DNA of 64,000 nucleotides, taken from Octopus sinensis. Taxonomy: Eukaryota. A program made the translations under genes and the position numbers. How positions within the stretch are numbered: position 1 is the stretch's first letter; each line of letters starts with the position of its first letter. The stretch lies in NCBI RefSeq assembly GCF_006345805.1, contig NC_043005.1, positions 24,986,001-25,050,000 on the forward strand. Reading direction: 5' to 3'. Of this stretch, positions 1 to 13,309 are shown piece after piece. The notes beneath the pieces are model-generated. The model saw nothing but the letters and a program-made list of their open reading frames with translations, did not search any database and was not told where the DNA came from.

Positions 1-64
1 TCTGCGCAAAGAATAACTGACAAACAGTCTTGTTTTCAGCTTAATATATGTATACATATATACA

Positions 65-237
65 TATGATTCAGTGCACATTGTCCTTTTGTTCCCAGGA
101 GGAGAGAAAATTTGGGTGTAAATAAAACGATAACCAAATAGAATATTATACATACAACCTGTTGCTGCGAATCAATGATTTTGAAATGCTTCGGTTTACT
201 GTGAGGTTATTCTAAGAGTACATCGTCTGAAACCGGA
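65..237. repeat. Dispersed ~173-bp repeat, copy 1 (copy 2 at 6856-7028); possible Penelope-like pLTR segment
   Basis: Direct alignment by eye to 6856-7028 gives about 10 substitutions in 173 bp; the pLTR assignment is inference only. Confidence 0.85.
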
Positions 238-365
238 TTATAATTTATTATTTCGACCACAAAACCCCGAGTAGCTGTAATTACAAGATTTGTGATTTTT
301 ATTTTATTATCATATTTATTCTCTCAGCTGATCGAGTGATTTTCTAGTTATTGAAATATTACCAC

Positions 366-402
<37 letters not shown>

Positions 403-565
403 TAGAAAAAACACCTTTTATCAATTCAGCAATGAAAAAATTAAATTACACCATATACAAAAAAAAATTACATCTTATAGAAAAAAATTAAATATAAGAT
501 AAAAACATATACCAATGAATAAGTAATGTGCAAAATAATAAATTAAACGTAGATAGTTTGTAAAA

Positions 566-648
566 TGACTACACGTGTTTCGTGGCTATATTTAAGAAAT
601 GATAGCAGTAAAATCAATTCAATTTAAATATAGCCACTCTTCAGGTCA
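566..648 (-). ncRNA. Minimal type I hammerhead ribozyme (intact core)
   Basis: Minus strand: TGAC-CTGAAGA-GTGGCTATATTTAA..TTAAATATAGCCAC-GAAA-CACGT-GTA-GTCA. Perfect 14-bp helix II, 4-bp helix I, palindromic stem III ACACGTGT, GUA cleavage triplet. Confidence 0.85.
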
Positions 649-749
649 AAGATAAAAACAATAAAATAATTAGATAAATATTTGAACTTTAAATTTATAG
701 TAAATAGTCATTTAAAATTAAATGCAAGCATCAATTTATTTACCTATAT

Positions 750-866
750 GATACGTTTAGCTAATTGGTTTTGAATGACCATAGAGAGTGCGAGCCCTCT
801 AACTGAAAAATTGTGGGTTTGTGTAAAGGATACACAGACAGACATTTTGCCGTTTATATATATAGA
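750..866 (-). mobile_element. Non-autonomous Helitron, 5' fragment
   Basis: Minus strand begins TCTATATATATAAACGGCAAAA, matching the 5' end of the complete element at 48471-48885. Confidence 0.6.
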
Positions 867-869
867 GGT

Positions 870-890
870 TATCATCATCATCATCATCAA

Positions 891-944
<54 letters not shown>

Positions 945-950
945 CATTAT
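870..950. repeat. (ATC)n/(ATT)n microsatellite
   Basis: Seen directly. Confidence 0.95.
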
Positions 951-1099
951 ATATAAACACACAGGGTGCGTAAGGTATTTGAGGACATATCTTTTTTTGA
1001 CCATTGCTGCATATTTTGCTAACTCTGTATAATCTTTGTTTCAGAAAATAATAAAGGCAGGCATTTAACCTACTCAAGAAATGAAGAGGCATGCTATTA

Positions 1100-1325
1100 T
1101 TGTGGTTATAAAGGTTGAGCATAGCGATTGAGAAATATCTCGATTTTTAAGTTGTCAGATCTTTTGTCTATAAAGGAGTTAGAGACTGAAGATGGAAACG
1201 TATCACCAGTATCAAACCATAAAAAGCATTCTAAACGCTCTGAAATCATCAGAACACCTAAATTTATCCAGCAAGTTCAACAGATCGTTGATTACAATCC
1301 CAGAAATTCCATGAGGTCAAATGCA
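1100..1325 (+). mobile_element. Tc1/mariner-superfamily transposase N-terminal remnant (maT-like)
   Basis: Translation RSEIIRTPKFIQQVQQIVDYNPRNSMRS resembles the HTH region of Tc1/mariner transposases; truncated by (TA)n. Confidence 0.45.
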
Positions 1326-1326
1326 A

Positions 1327-1385
<59 letters not shown>

Positions 1386-1387
1386 GT

Positions 1388-1542
1388 GACAATGGTTGTG
1401 CGGTCAAGAAGTTCACTTCGCAACCACATGGCTTGGATTTAGCTACTCTGCGCAGCACTTTGAGCAAGTGACTTCTGCTATAGGCCCGGGCCAAGCAATA
1501 ATTTCTGAATGAACCTGACAAATGGAAATTATGTGGAAGCCC

Positions 1543-1589
<47 letters not shown>

Positions 1590-1860
1590 GTGGGTGTGTG
1601 TGTGTGTGTGTGTGTGTTGTGTGTGTGTGCGTGTGTGTGTGTGTGTGCGTGTGTGTGTGTGTGTTTGTTTCCCCACCTCTTGACAACCGGTGTTGGATTA
1701 TTTACGTTATCACAAACTGGCGGTTCGGCAAACGATGTGGATATAATAGATAGAATAAATACCTAAAATAAAAAAAACAATACAAACTGAAGCCCAACCC
1801 CTCAAAGCGGTGCTCCAGCATGACTGCAATCTGGTAACTGAGACTACGAAATAAATAAGA
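1388..1860 (+). mobile_element. SINE family A, diverged copy with internal (TA)n/(TG)n
   Basis: Head, internal microsatellite and 3' part match other A copies (e.g. 44578-44975). Confidence 0.7.
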
Positions 1861-2309
1861 ATATGTAATTATGAAAAAAAAAATCTTTTCTCATAATTAA
1901 AGATTAAACGAATTTGTAAGAATTCAAAAATATATTTAAGATTCGTTTATTTTATTCATGTATGAGAAATATTGCTTGCTATAAACACTGAAATATCACA
2001 ACACAAAGATATATTTTTACAACCAGAATTGTTAATTATCTTGTCTAATACAACACGGTTCTAATAAAACATTAATTGATTTTTCATTTTGTTAATTATT
2101 GAACTACTGAAGCACAGCCAGTGTTTAATTATCTCGGAAACGTTTATAGTAATTTTGCTATTTATCACTTCTCATTCATCATAGTCATCAGTAAACTATT
2201 GAAGCTACAAATGCTACAGATAGAGCCATCAATCACTAACCATCAATATTAACTATTAAAGCCACTAGTAACTGCTCTTATCCCCAAAACTGTTCTCGGA
2301 CAAAACATA

Positions 2310-2700
2310 TTGGTTTCAAATTTTGGTACAAGGCCAGCAGTATCTGGGGAGGAGATGAGTCGAATACATCGGCCCCAGTACTCAACTGGTATTTATTTTA
2401 TCGACCCAGAAAGGATGAAAAGCAAAGTCGACCTCGGCGTAATTCAAACTTAGAACTTAAAGATAGACGAAATGCCGCTAAGCATTTTGCCCGGCGTGTT
2501 AACGATTCTGCTAGCTCATCGTCTTAATCAGTATTTAATATTGTTTTCAAATTTTGGCGCAAGGCCAGCAACTTTGGGAGAGGGGCAAGTCGATTACAAC
2601 TTTGTTTTATCGACCCTGAAAGGATGAAAGGCAAAAGTCAACCCCAGCTGCATTTGAACTCAGAACGTTAAGTCGGATGAAATGTTGCTTAGCACTTAAT
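2310..2700 (-). mobile_element. Two adjacent SINE family B copies
   Basis: Reverse complement of the ...GAGGTCGACTTTGCCTTTCATCCTTTCGGGGTCGATAAA... body seen at 16695-16909. Confidence 0.8.
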
Positions 2701-2944
2701 CAGTATTAAATATTAAAACGACAACGAACCAATAAAAAAGCCTCTACGTTGTCATCGAACTTTTTCGAAGAAGTAGCTAAATCTCCCTTAAACCACACCT
2801 AATAGTCTTAGAAAAATTACATTGGTTAATGTAGTCCCAATGTCTTTGCACAAAGGAAAATGATGGAATAGTCACAACTCGAATACTTCTGATCACACAC
2901 CTACTTAATGTGGTTTAATCCAGGCCTAAGTAGCAACAATAGCT

Positions 2945-3110
2945 TCAACTGTTTTACTGTTATATACTATTGCTAGACGACTATAATACCTATTATTTTA
3001 GACACCAATACTAGCTGTTATAGCTACCAATTTTTACTACTATAAACACTAATACCTGCAATAACCATAACTATTGCTATAACCATCAATAACCACCAGT
3101 ACAGCTTTCC
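2945..3110. repeat. Degenerate ~20-bp minisatellite (related tracts at 2170-2290, 13310-13755, 24790-24990)
   Basis: Recurring ACTATT/GCTATA/ACCAAT motifs; reverse complement of the 13310-13755 tract. Confidence 0.55.
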
Positions 3111-3364
3111 TAAAATCATATTCATTTCAGAGTTACTCTTTTATATCATTCTAAATTTTTCAAGAGGAATTTGGTAAAAGCAGTTTTGTTTGTGGTTTTT
3201 ACCAAATTTTACCTTTTTGCTTTCTCTTTTTCATTTCTCTTTTCTGTTTCTTTCGTTTTTCTTTCCTCTCCTTCATTTTCGTTTTTCATTTTGTTTCTCT
3301 CCCCGCCTTTCATTAACAAGATACAGTTTTGATCTTAATTTGATTGACTTAAAATAGTCGAAGT

Positions 3365-4000
3365 GATGACACCCGTGCCTTACATTAGCAAAACTTTTCA
3401 CTACACCTGGCATGCAAATCTTCTACCAAAATTGCTTGATTATGGACTTCGTCTGTCTCTTAAATGTTGGATCTACCAAGCTGCACTGACATGGCGTATA
3501 TCGGTGGAAATCTCTGACTCATATGGTGTTCTTTTCTGTCGTTTCTCGTGTGACCCACAAGCAGCTTTTCCATCATAGTTTACTTAATATACAGTAACGA
3601 ACTACGTGGCGCTGCATTAATCAACGTGTACTCGTATGCAGATGATACTACCCTTCATTCTACCCTCAGATTCTGAGCTCAAGTGTCATCGATATGCAGT
3701 CAAGACACCTCACTCCACATCTACTCTAACACCAAGAACTGAGACCTCGAATACATCCTACAACAGAATCACATCAATTTTTGTTTCACCCCGAAACAAA
3801 ACGAAGCAATCACTGTACATACCAAGAAAACAGGATACCCCCTCCCTCGCCTTAAACACCGACAGTACGTAATTAAATCAATGACGATCGTGTTGAATGA
3901 TAGGTTTCACGTTACCTAGAACCTCTTCTAGCAAACAAACATCATCAGCATTATAAGGACTTCATGGGTACGATTCCTTTTTCTAAACTAAATCAAATAC
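3365..4000 (+). mobile_element. Decayed CR1/L2/Jockey-type LINE reverse-transcriptase fragment
   Basis: ISKTFHYTWHANLLPKLLDYG resembles D-SKAFD-VWH-GLL-KL--YG, and SYADDTTLH (RT YADD motif) is at ~3630; frameshifted. Confidence 0.7.
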
Positions 4001-5854
4001 GAAACAAAGACGGCCACCAAAAAGGATTATAATCAATAACTATTATAACCAACCATAACAACAATGGCCATTCTTCCAGGAAGAAAAACTATTGTTTTCC
4101 AAGAGACTTGAATGTAATTCTCTTGTATTTCATTTATTCTTTTGTGTAACAGACTATTTTTCACATTCGCTCATTGCTAACCCAACGCATAACATATTGA
4201 AGAAAGAAAGAAAGAAAGACAGAGAGAAAGAGAAAGAAAGAGATAGGGACCATGGAGTTAATAATCCAGAGCTGGCACAAAATATAGCAGAGTGAATAGA
4301 GCCGTGTCATTTGCTGAAATTATCAAACCATAGAGAAATATGAACGAATGTATTTTTTTCTAGAAAAAATATGCTGTTTAATCTCTTTTCTTCTCATTCC
4401 ACCTGTAGGATCTATCAAACCTATGATCAGAGATGCGTTCAGCATCATCACTATCCTGTATACTGGTAATGTCTTCTTTATCGTTCCATCGATCGAGCTG
4501 ATAAAAAAATATTTGGACTTTTAAACTTCAGTAGTTTCTGATATAATCGAACTAGCAAACAAACTAAATCAACCAATGAAAAAGTAGCATCTAATTTTAT
4601 GGCGGTTAAATATACAGGATGGAAAGAACAATGGACTACAAAGGCAGTGGAATGGCAAGACAGATAGAGCGTTGCGAAAACTACATTGAGATACTGAGTT
4701 ACGACCTGAGTTCAAATCCCGGGGAGACTGAGCGTCGGACAAAATAATTGAGGTTCTTAGTTATAACCCTTTCCATTCTGAGCTCAAATAACCTCGAAGA
4801 GCACTTTGCTTTTCATCCAACTGCGATCAATAAAATGAACCACCAGCTAAATAATGGACATTATGAAGTACAATAATTCACTATTTCTATAAATTAACCG
4901 ATTTTATGTATTTTTTACTAGTTAAAATTTGCTCGTCCGAACTCTTTACCTGGTTAATCGAGCAATGCGGAACACATTACGCAATGCAGTACAATGTATA
5001 TTTTGTTTGAAAACCAAAAGATGGGATGGTCACTATGTGGGACGCATATAACGATTAGTCAGCTGAAATTGAAAAGAACAACGCCACCAATAAACATCAA
5101 AAGCTACAACAACAACAACAACAACAATAATAAACTCTTTAATATGTTTAATTCGATTATATCGACATTTTAATCTTTATATTTCTTCATTATGTAAATT
5201 AAATTGAAAAATAAATTACTGACCTTAATTACTCATAGACATCTTTCGTATGAAACACTAATTAGAATTAGTAACAAAATTCTAATTAAAAATACTTATT
5301 TTGCGAAATAAAAAATATTAGCACGGTGACTTATAATATTTTAATTATTTCAACAAAACTGGGAGACAACTATGGAATGTTTCAGTTTTATTAGACCTCG
5401 TCAGCGAACGTAGACACATCCCACTCTACCTGGTGAAATCGTGATCATATTTTCAATTAGGGCTGGATGATATTATACACCTGTTGTTATAAAAAAAAAT
5501 TATCATTTTAAAACTTAAAAAAAAAAATGACTGCTGTGAATTGTTTTGACACCATCCGCATGGAGAAGAGCAGTTAATGTAGTTTTAATAAATTAAGAAA
5601 AAAAGAATTTGAAAAATTTAATTAGAAACGCTACATTCCCAACTCGGTGGGCTCTCCTCTCATGGCCCTTGTTATGCCTAATCCCTAAGGAACTGAACTA
5701 ATTACTACATGCAGCCCTTCCTTTCTTTGAGCATCGATTCACTGGAATTCACTGTTAATACCTTTTCCTCAGGTATTTTCATACAAATGTTCAGGAGAAA
5801 AATTAATGACCTGCAAAGGTTACAGGCAGCTTTCATTCCTCCAGACCAAGTAAA

Positions 5855-6017
5855 TACAACAGTTGTATCTGTTTAGGAAGAAGCTTGCTCTGAATCACAT
5901 GGTTCCGGGTTCAGTCCCATTGAGTGGCACCTTGGTCAAATGTCCTCTACAACAGCCTCGGGTCGACCAAAGCCGTGTGAATGGACTTGGTAGACGGAAA
6001 CTGAAAAGAAGCACGTC

Positions 6018-6103
<86 letters not shown>

Positions 6104-6262
6104 CCATCATCATCGCTTGAAAACCGACGCTGGTGTGTTTACGTCCCCGTAACTTAGCGGTTCTGCAAACAAGACGATAAAACAAGTACTAGGCTTACAA
6201 AGAATACGTCTAGCATGGCCATAGTCAACATGACTGAAACAAGTAAAAGAATAAAAAAAAAA
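5855..6262 (+). mobile_element. SINE family A with internal (TA)n
   Basis: Matches A consensus head, body and AAAAGAATAAAA tail. Confidence 0.8.
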
Positions 6263-6855
6263 AATAAATGAATTGAGGTGGAAGTTAAGTTTCTTAAAGC
6301 TGTGAATAATCTATTGTTATACAAGAAATATTTAGCAAGAACCAGTTCTGGGTTTTGTTAGAACACATCATTAAGTCTCATCACAAGTGGGAATGTTTAC
6401 GGACGAGATCTAGCTTCAATTGACATGATATATACATATTGAGAGATGGTGATGCACTTTACCATCTGTCAACTGGACAATTTCCTGCTCCTAATCAGTT
6501 ATATATTACATCTATGTTTATAATTTACTTCTATGTTGCAAATGTTCAAACTAATAATCGAATGCGTATTTGCCATACTTGAACAAACAGACCTCAGTAC
6601 TTCTACAGAACCTGACCTATGAGCACAGTAGCTACTTAAATATTTACATCGCACATATCTTCTCTTTTAACAACTGTGACACGCAACATTTCAATTTGGA
6701 CATTTATTCATGTTCTATGAAGATTATAATACTGCTTGTGCTTCTGAAATAGCAGCAGATCAACGTGGAACAGGAGATAACAACAGTAGACATCGTGCCA
6801 CTGTTTTACGTAAACATGAACATTGTTTCCAGCGAATAGTCAACTGAATCAAAAT

Positions 6856-7028
6856 TATGATTCAATGCACATTGTTCTTTTGTTCTCAGGAGGAGAGAAA
6901 ATTTGGGTGTAAATAAAACGATAACCAAATAGAATGTTATACATACAACCTGTTGCTGCGAATCAATAATTTCGAAATGCTTCGGTTCACTGTGAGACTA
7001 TCCTAAGAGTACATCGTCTGAAACCGGA
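6856..7028. repeat. Dispersed ~173-bp repeat, copy 2 (copy 1 at 65-237)
   Basis: Direct alignment, ~94% identity. Confidence 0.85.
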
Positions 7029-7312
7029 AATGGTGGTGATGGGGAGGAGGTTTTTCAAATTCCTTAGAGCGTCGGATGAAATGATTTGCTGTGTTTGTTT
7101 AAGTTCTCTACGATCTGAGTTCAAATCCTTAATGTTTCAGCCTTTCAGAATCGATTAAATAAAAACCTAGTCGAGTAATAAGGTCGATGTAACCGATTGC
7201 CAACATCTTGTGGACGAACCTTTTACAGTGGAACACCCAATCGTGGGGTCACCGATGATAAGTGAAGAGGTACACCAATTGTAGTACACTGCTATCGCTT
7301 CAATAATATTTC

Positions 7313-7530
7313 TCTATAAATAAAGAGTCTTTTTTAATCATTTCTCCACTGAAGATGATTGGAAGGTGTCCTTTCTGCAATATAGACACATATTTATCTG
7401 AGTTTATGTTTCTCTCACACTCCACCAGCTCTGAACAACCATTGCTACAAATTGTTCTCCAGACCACAACAGTATAGCTGCCGTGTTTCATTCCGTGTAT
7501 TGTTACCAACCCAAAACGTACAAGCATTCA
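7313..7530 (-). mobile_element. Tc1 transposase fragment (second copy of the 8850-9030 segment)
   Basis: MKHGSYTVVVWRTICSNGCSELVECERNINSDKYVSIL; DNA similar to 8850-9030. Confidence 0.8.
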
Positions 7531-8479
7531 CATCCTATCACCCACTCACACAGATTTACCTTTCCTATTAAAAAAGGATAACGCAAATATAAAGACGACA
7601 TTATCTTTAGCATTTGGGAAAATGAATGTTAGCTCCAAAGGGCTCAGAAGAATCAGCAAGAAGAACAGAATGTTATCAAGACTAGATGAACATTTTTAAA
7701 TGCCAACCTTGTAGCCGTTTTGGAGGATACGTTGTGCTTATGACCTCTTACATTGGAGATGAAGGAGTCTACAAAACATTTTCGGGATTTGGTAAGCAAC
7801 GGTCTTCATAATGGAAAGTCAGATTCGATTCTTAAACTTGCATGCAATCCAAACTAGTCTGAAATTGTTGTAGAATTTGAAGTGTATGTAAAGCCACAAG
7901 ACCAGTTACTCATGATATGCAGAATATTCCAAGTGAAGTTGAAGGAGTTGCTAAAAGAAATTATTTAAAAGAAGAAAGTACACGGAGGCATAAGACAGCT
8001 GAGTTCAAGCGAGAAGAGTTTTACTGATAATCTTGGATCAACCAGAGGAACCTCAAATGGTGTTGTGTATAAGTGTATAAGTGCAGATACACATAATCCA
8101 GCCAAGAGAGAGAGAAAGAGAGAGAGGGGGGGAGAAAGAAAAAGATGAAAAACATAGATTTGTTTTGCAGGATTTAAGAGTATATCAGAGCCATGATAAT
8201 AAAGATATACTTCAATTATGTTGAAAGAACAAAACCTTATTTTGTAAAAACTTGTATATCTTTGTTATCATGGCTTTAAAATACTTTTAAATCCTGTAAA
8301 ACAAATCTTCTATATTTTTCATCTTATCTCTTTCTCTATAATATCCACCACGCGTGTTTCCCCACTAAAATATTTTCTACCTTACATACAAAGATACATA
8401 CATACATACATACATACATACATACATACATACATACATACATACATACATCTACATATATATCTATACGCCACTTTAT

Positions 8480-9700
8480 AATCATTAAAATTTATTTAAA
8501 TCTGAAATTATACATTCATATTATTTATTAATTGTTATAAGGTAAATATTTAATATTTAGTAGACATAACCTTTGCATTCTTCAATGCAAGGACCCTATT
8601 AGGCATGTTACTGATCAGATAGCAAATATTCTCTTGTGGAATTTCTTGCCAAGTTTTATGCAGTTATCTCAAAAGATCTGGCTTTGAAAAGGTTTTCTTG
8701 TTCTTCTTATGAAGCGTCCTCTCTACTATGTCCCAGAGGTGTTCAATAGGGTTAATAAATGGTGACTTACTTGGTCATGGAAACTTTTTAATGCCATTCT
8801 CATTCAACAAATCTTGCGTCATTTTAACCGTGTAACAACGAGCCCCATCTATAAATAAAGAGTCTTTTTAAATCATTTCACCACTGGAGAAGATTGGAAG
8901 GAATTCTCTCTGCATTATGATCACATATTTATCTGAGTTTATGTTTCCTTCTCACTCCAAGTGTTCTGATCAACCATTGCTCCAGATTGCTCCCCAGACC
9001 ATCACAGAATAGCTGCCGTGTTTCATTGTTGGCTGTAATCTTTTCACATCAATTTCTTGATCACAGTCTCTCGACCACTGTCAGGAAATGCAGCAAAACT
9101 GGACTCATCAGAGAATATGAGAGTGTCCCAAAAGGCTAGTGGCCTCTCCACCATCTCGCTGGCCCAAACTTTTCTCCGCTTAATGTTGGCTGGTCAAAGA
9201 AGTGGCTTCCTTCTGCTCTGCTATAGTAACCAAGTTTGTGGAGATACTTGACACCCGTTCTGGAACTGACATCAACTTGTTCTGCTATGTCAGAGGCCTT
9301 GCAACGAGGATTGTCCTCCACACTTCTCTTAGCAAAGAGAAGGGTCCTGTCAGAGGACCTTGGTTGATCTGGGTGAGGTGACGTGGACTCCTTCCCCTCT
9401 TTGGTGAGTTCCACAATCACTCTATTATCCGTAGAAAGCGGGATCCCAAGGTTTTCTATGATTTTACGCTTACTATTCCTAACTTCAGAACGGCCTTTTT
9501 CAAATTCAAAGAGTTCCAAGGCTTCTTTTGTACGTGGCATGATTAAGTAGTCACATACAGAACCTAAAACACAAAAAAATCAATAAATAAAAAAATATAA
9601 ACCGTTACAAGTTAGAATAAACATGTTTTATGGGGTGTCTATTTACTTCCATCATGTCTACAGCTCTATCGTTTGCTTTTACTGTTTTGTTTTCATTGTT
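8480..9700 (-). mobile_element. Decayed Tc1 (DD34E-type) transposon; transposase remnant ~8550-9540
   Basis: HTH N-terminus (ORF 9136-9540), then [19 protein letters not shown] and SPFINPIEHLWD motifs, with stops and frameshifts; no complete TIR pair found. Confidence 0.85.
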
Positions 9701-10447
9701 CTTTCTTTTACTGTTTTTACTTTTTTATTGTTTTTACTGTTTTGTTCTTATTGTCCTGCTCATGTTACCACTTTTACCCTCCACAAAATCTCCAAAATTT
9801 TATTTAATTTGCTTTGCGGGAAGGACTGTTTCAACGAAGTCGCGTCTTGTCCTTACCTTCGAAATGCGGAGTAGATGAAACAGGGACAGCTGAAGAAGGG
9901 GAATATTCCTTGTGATGTATGTCTTGTACTCTGTTATTTTCGTTGTTTGAAAAAAAGTTCGTTTCTAGGTTTTTGTTTTTATATTTTCGTTTCTCATTGT
10001 GTTCCACGTTTTTTTGATGTCCTGTAGGTATGTACATATATGTATGTATATATGCATATATTTATATATTATTTATATTATATATATATATATATGTATG
10101 TATGTATGCATGTATGTATGTATGTATGTATGTATGTATGTATGATGTATGTATGTATGTATGTATGTATGTATGTATGTATGTATGTATATATATATGT
10201 ATGTATGTATATTAAAAACACACAAAAACGCTTTCTCAATTTTCCTATAAATTGTTTCACCCATCAAAAGCAAACCCTGCCAGAAACTTTGTATAAAAGG
10301 GTTCGAAACTAAATAAAACCCTGTTCAATGACGACAAGTAAGCTGACACTTCGAACAACCTTTTCCTTAAGGAAAATTGTATCCTACAAAAACTAGTGTA
10401 ATTCTTCATATTTAATGTTCACAATTTTACATAAAAACAAGTATTGA

Positions 10448-10537
<90 letters not shown>

Positions 10538-10705
10538 GCTGGCTAGCTATCTATTTCTCTTTCTTTCTCTCTTTCTCTCTCTATCTATCTTTTTGTCTAT
10601 CTATATTGGTGTGTTTGTTTTTATGTACATATATGTACACATACATGCATACAAATATATGTATACCTACATATGCATTGGTATAACAGCATGTATATAT
10701 ATATA

Positions 10706-10774
<69 letters not shown>

Positions 10775-11155
10775 CATACATAGATACATACACACGCACA
10801 TATCCATTCATACATACATACATATATATGTACAAGTACATGCCCTTTATGCATTCATCCTCTTTATATTCTGAGCTCCAATACTTCTGGAGTTAACCAT
10901 TGTTTTTCAACTCTCCCAATTCAATAAAATTCAACTAATATATCTATCAATAATGTATTGCATTTGATTCCATCAATTATAAAATCCTTAGCTTTTTGCC
11001 AATATATATAAAAAAACCAATATTTGTTCCACTTAGTATAAGAATCACAATCCTTTATAATTCTTTTGTTTTCAATTATTTTTTCAAATAAGTTAAAAAA
11101 AAAATTCGCCTAATAATCAATATAGATCAATAGGAATACATTTCTTGTTCATATC

Positions 11156-11312
11156 AGGAGTGGCTGTGTGATAAGTAGCTTGCTTACCAACCAGATGGTT
11201 CCGGTTTCGGTACCATTGCGTGGCACCTTGGGAAAGTGTCTTCTACTATAGCTTCGGGCCGACCAAAGCCTTGTGAGTGGATTTGGTAGACGGAAACTGA
11301 AAGAAGCCCGTC

Positions 11313-11348
<36 letters not shown>

Positions 11349-11606
11349 TGTGATCACGTGACCGACCAGTCCATCAGATGTAGTTACACATCGCTGGTCA
11401 CAATGCGTTCGCATTGTTTTAGCCTTCAAATGACGCCACCCTGCTGGCTAAGCGAGCAGGCCAACAGAAGAAAGAGTGGGAGAAAGAGTGGGAGAAAGAG
11501 TGGTGAAAGAGTACGGCAGGGATCACCACCCCCTGCCCGGTCTGGGAATCGAAGCCGCGATCCTACGACCGCGAGTCCGCTGCCCTAACCATTGGGCCAT
11601 TGCTTC

Positions 11607-11667
<61 letters not shown>

Positions 11668-11938
11668 TATATATATATGTATGTATGTGTGTGTGTGTGT
11701 GTGTGTGTGCATGTGCGTGTGTGTGTGTTTGTGTGTGTGTTTGCCCCCCCCCCAACATCGCTTGACATGCGATGCTGGTGTGTTTACGTCCCGTAACTTA
11801 GCGGTTCGGCAAAAACAACCGATAAAACAAGTAACAGGCTTACAAAGAATAAGTGCTGGGGTCGATTTGCTCGACTAAAAGGTGGTACTCCAGCATGGCC
11901 GCAGTCAAATCACTGAAACAGGTAAAAGAATAAAAGAA
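11156..11938 (+). mobile_element. SINE family A interrupted in its (TA)n by a family C SINE
   Basis: A head 11156-11315 and A tail 11680-11938 flank the insertion. Confidence 0.85.
11347..11609 (-). mobile_element. tRNA-headed SINE family C (tail type 1), nested
   Basis: Minus strand GTGGAAGCAATGGCCCAATGGTTAGGGCAGCGGACTCGCGGTCGTAGGATCGCGGCTTCGATTCCC with pol III A/B-box-like motifs. Confidence 0.85.
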
Positions 11939-11984
11939 TATCAGTGATACATTATTGTTATTGCTGATATTTTTCTTGTTGTGT

Positions 11985-12381
11985 TTGTCATTGTTTAGCC
12001 CTTGGTCAGCCCTAGGTAAGTAGATTCTTGATCAAAGTTTCTTTCAGCCTTGGTTATCCATCTTCTCTTGTCAAATGCATTTCTTTCTTTTGTGGACCGT
12101 AGAATGTATTTTTGGAGAAGGATTTAGCTGCTATTTCTTGCAGTTTAAATGATCTCCACTGAAGTTTCTTCTTCGTTGTTGACTCATACGTGGTGCATAT
12201 TTACAGCTGGATGGACTGGATCCACTGGAAGATGTCTCATCCAATGAAACGACAGTTTGTCGCTGTTTGGATATACACCAAAACATCCCTGTCACTCATT
12301 TAGTAGCAGCAGCCGCCACAGCAGCAGCAGTGGCAGTATCTTCTTCTTCTTCTTCTTCTTCTCTTCTTCTTCTTCTTCTTC

Positions 12382-12453
<72 letters not shown>

Positions 12454-12800
12454 ATTTTTGTTGTTGAACATCAGGTCATCTCTGATAATGAAGGAGACAA
12501 AACCGGTGTTCCAAACATGACCATTGCATCTTTTCTTTCAAGTACCAAGTAACTATGGCAACATCATTTAACGTGACCTTCCCTCTTCATAAAGACTGTT
12601 TTTAAGACTGTGATTTCAGTGAGATTTAGCTACTGTTTCAAGCAAGTTGATCGACCATAAAGTGTCGATAACATGGGTCAGTGTTTAGTTCTGGCCGTTA
12701 TTGTTATTGACGAGCATCAAATGAATCGTCATTGAGAAGACACATTAACAAAGCATTCCAGCCATGACCACCCACACGCTTCCTATGTACAGTGAACCCA
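11985..12800. mobile_element. Diverged repeat family E pieces (TTGTTTAGCCC..GGTCAGCCC..GATTTAGCTGCTATTTC) split by microsatellites
   Basis: The motif recurs at ~11995, ~12620, ~24435 and ~46050. Confidence 0.5.
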
Positions 12801-12806
12801 AATCCA

Positions 12807-13190
12807 GGATCTTTTCACTTTGACCGGCAGATTTTAAAAATAATTTCTATGTAACTAAACACTTTTAAACTTCGTATACTGGTAGTGTGTTACATAAAAC
12901 ATCTTTTTCTCTTGGCTTTCTTGAGAAAATTCTGTAGTTTGACACCGCCAGAAAATATTGTTGACAAAATACGGCAGATATTGTATTCACCTCAATAGAC
13001 GTCATTGATTGGTTGAAATTGCCGAAATGCAAGAAATTAAACAACAAATAGCTTACAAACTACAGAATTTTCTCAAGAAAGCCAAGAGAAAAAGATGTTT
13101 TATGTAACACACTACCAGTATACGAAGTTTAAAAGTGTTTAGTTACAAAGACATTATTTTAAAAATTTGCCGGTCAAAGTGAAAAGATCC
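12807..13190. mobile_element. MITE with 135-bp TIRs and 8-bp TSD
   Basis: TIRs 12807-12941 and 13056-13190 (GGATCTTTTCACTTTGACCGGCA...); CAAATCCA on both flanks (12799-12806, 13191-13198). Confidence 0.9.
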
Positions 13191-13309
13191 CAAATCCACA
13201 TTTGCCAATTTTTTTTTTTAAGAAGTGTTTGATTTGAAGAAATTTGGCTGCTATTCGAGCAACCACGAAGAAGCTCTCTCCCATTTTTCTTTCGTGACTG
13301 TAATACATA

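Noticed and set aside
5385-5410. Other CTGANGA-type motifs (5385, 9885-9925, 31417, 36840, 44490, 54460-54492, 54538)
   Set aside because: Core or helices are incomplete. 5385 and 54460 are counted only as degenerate remnants; the rest are not supportable.
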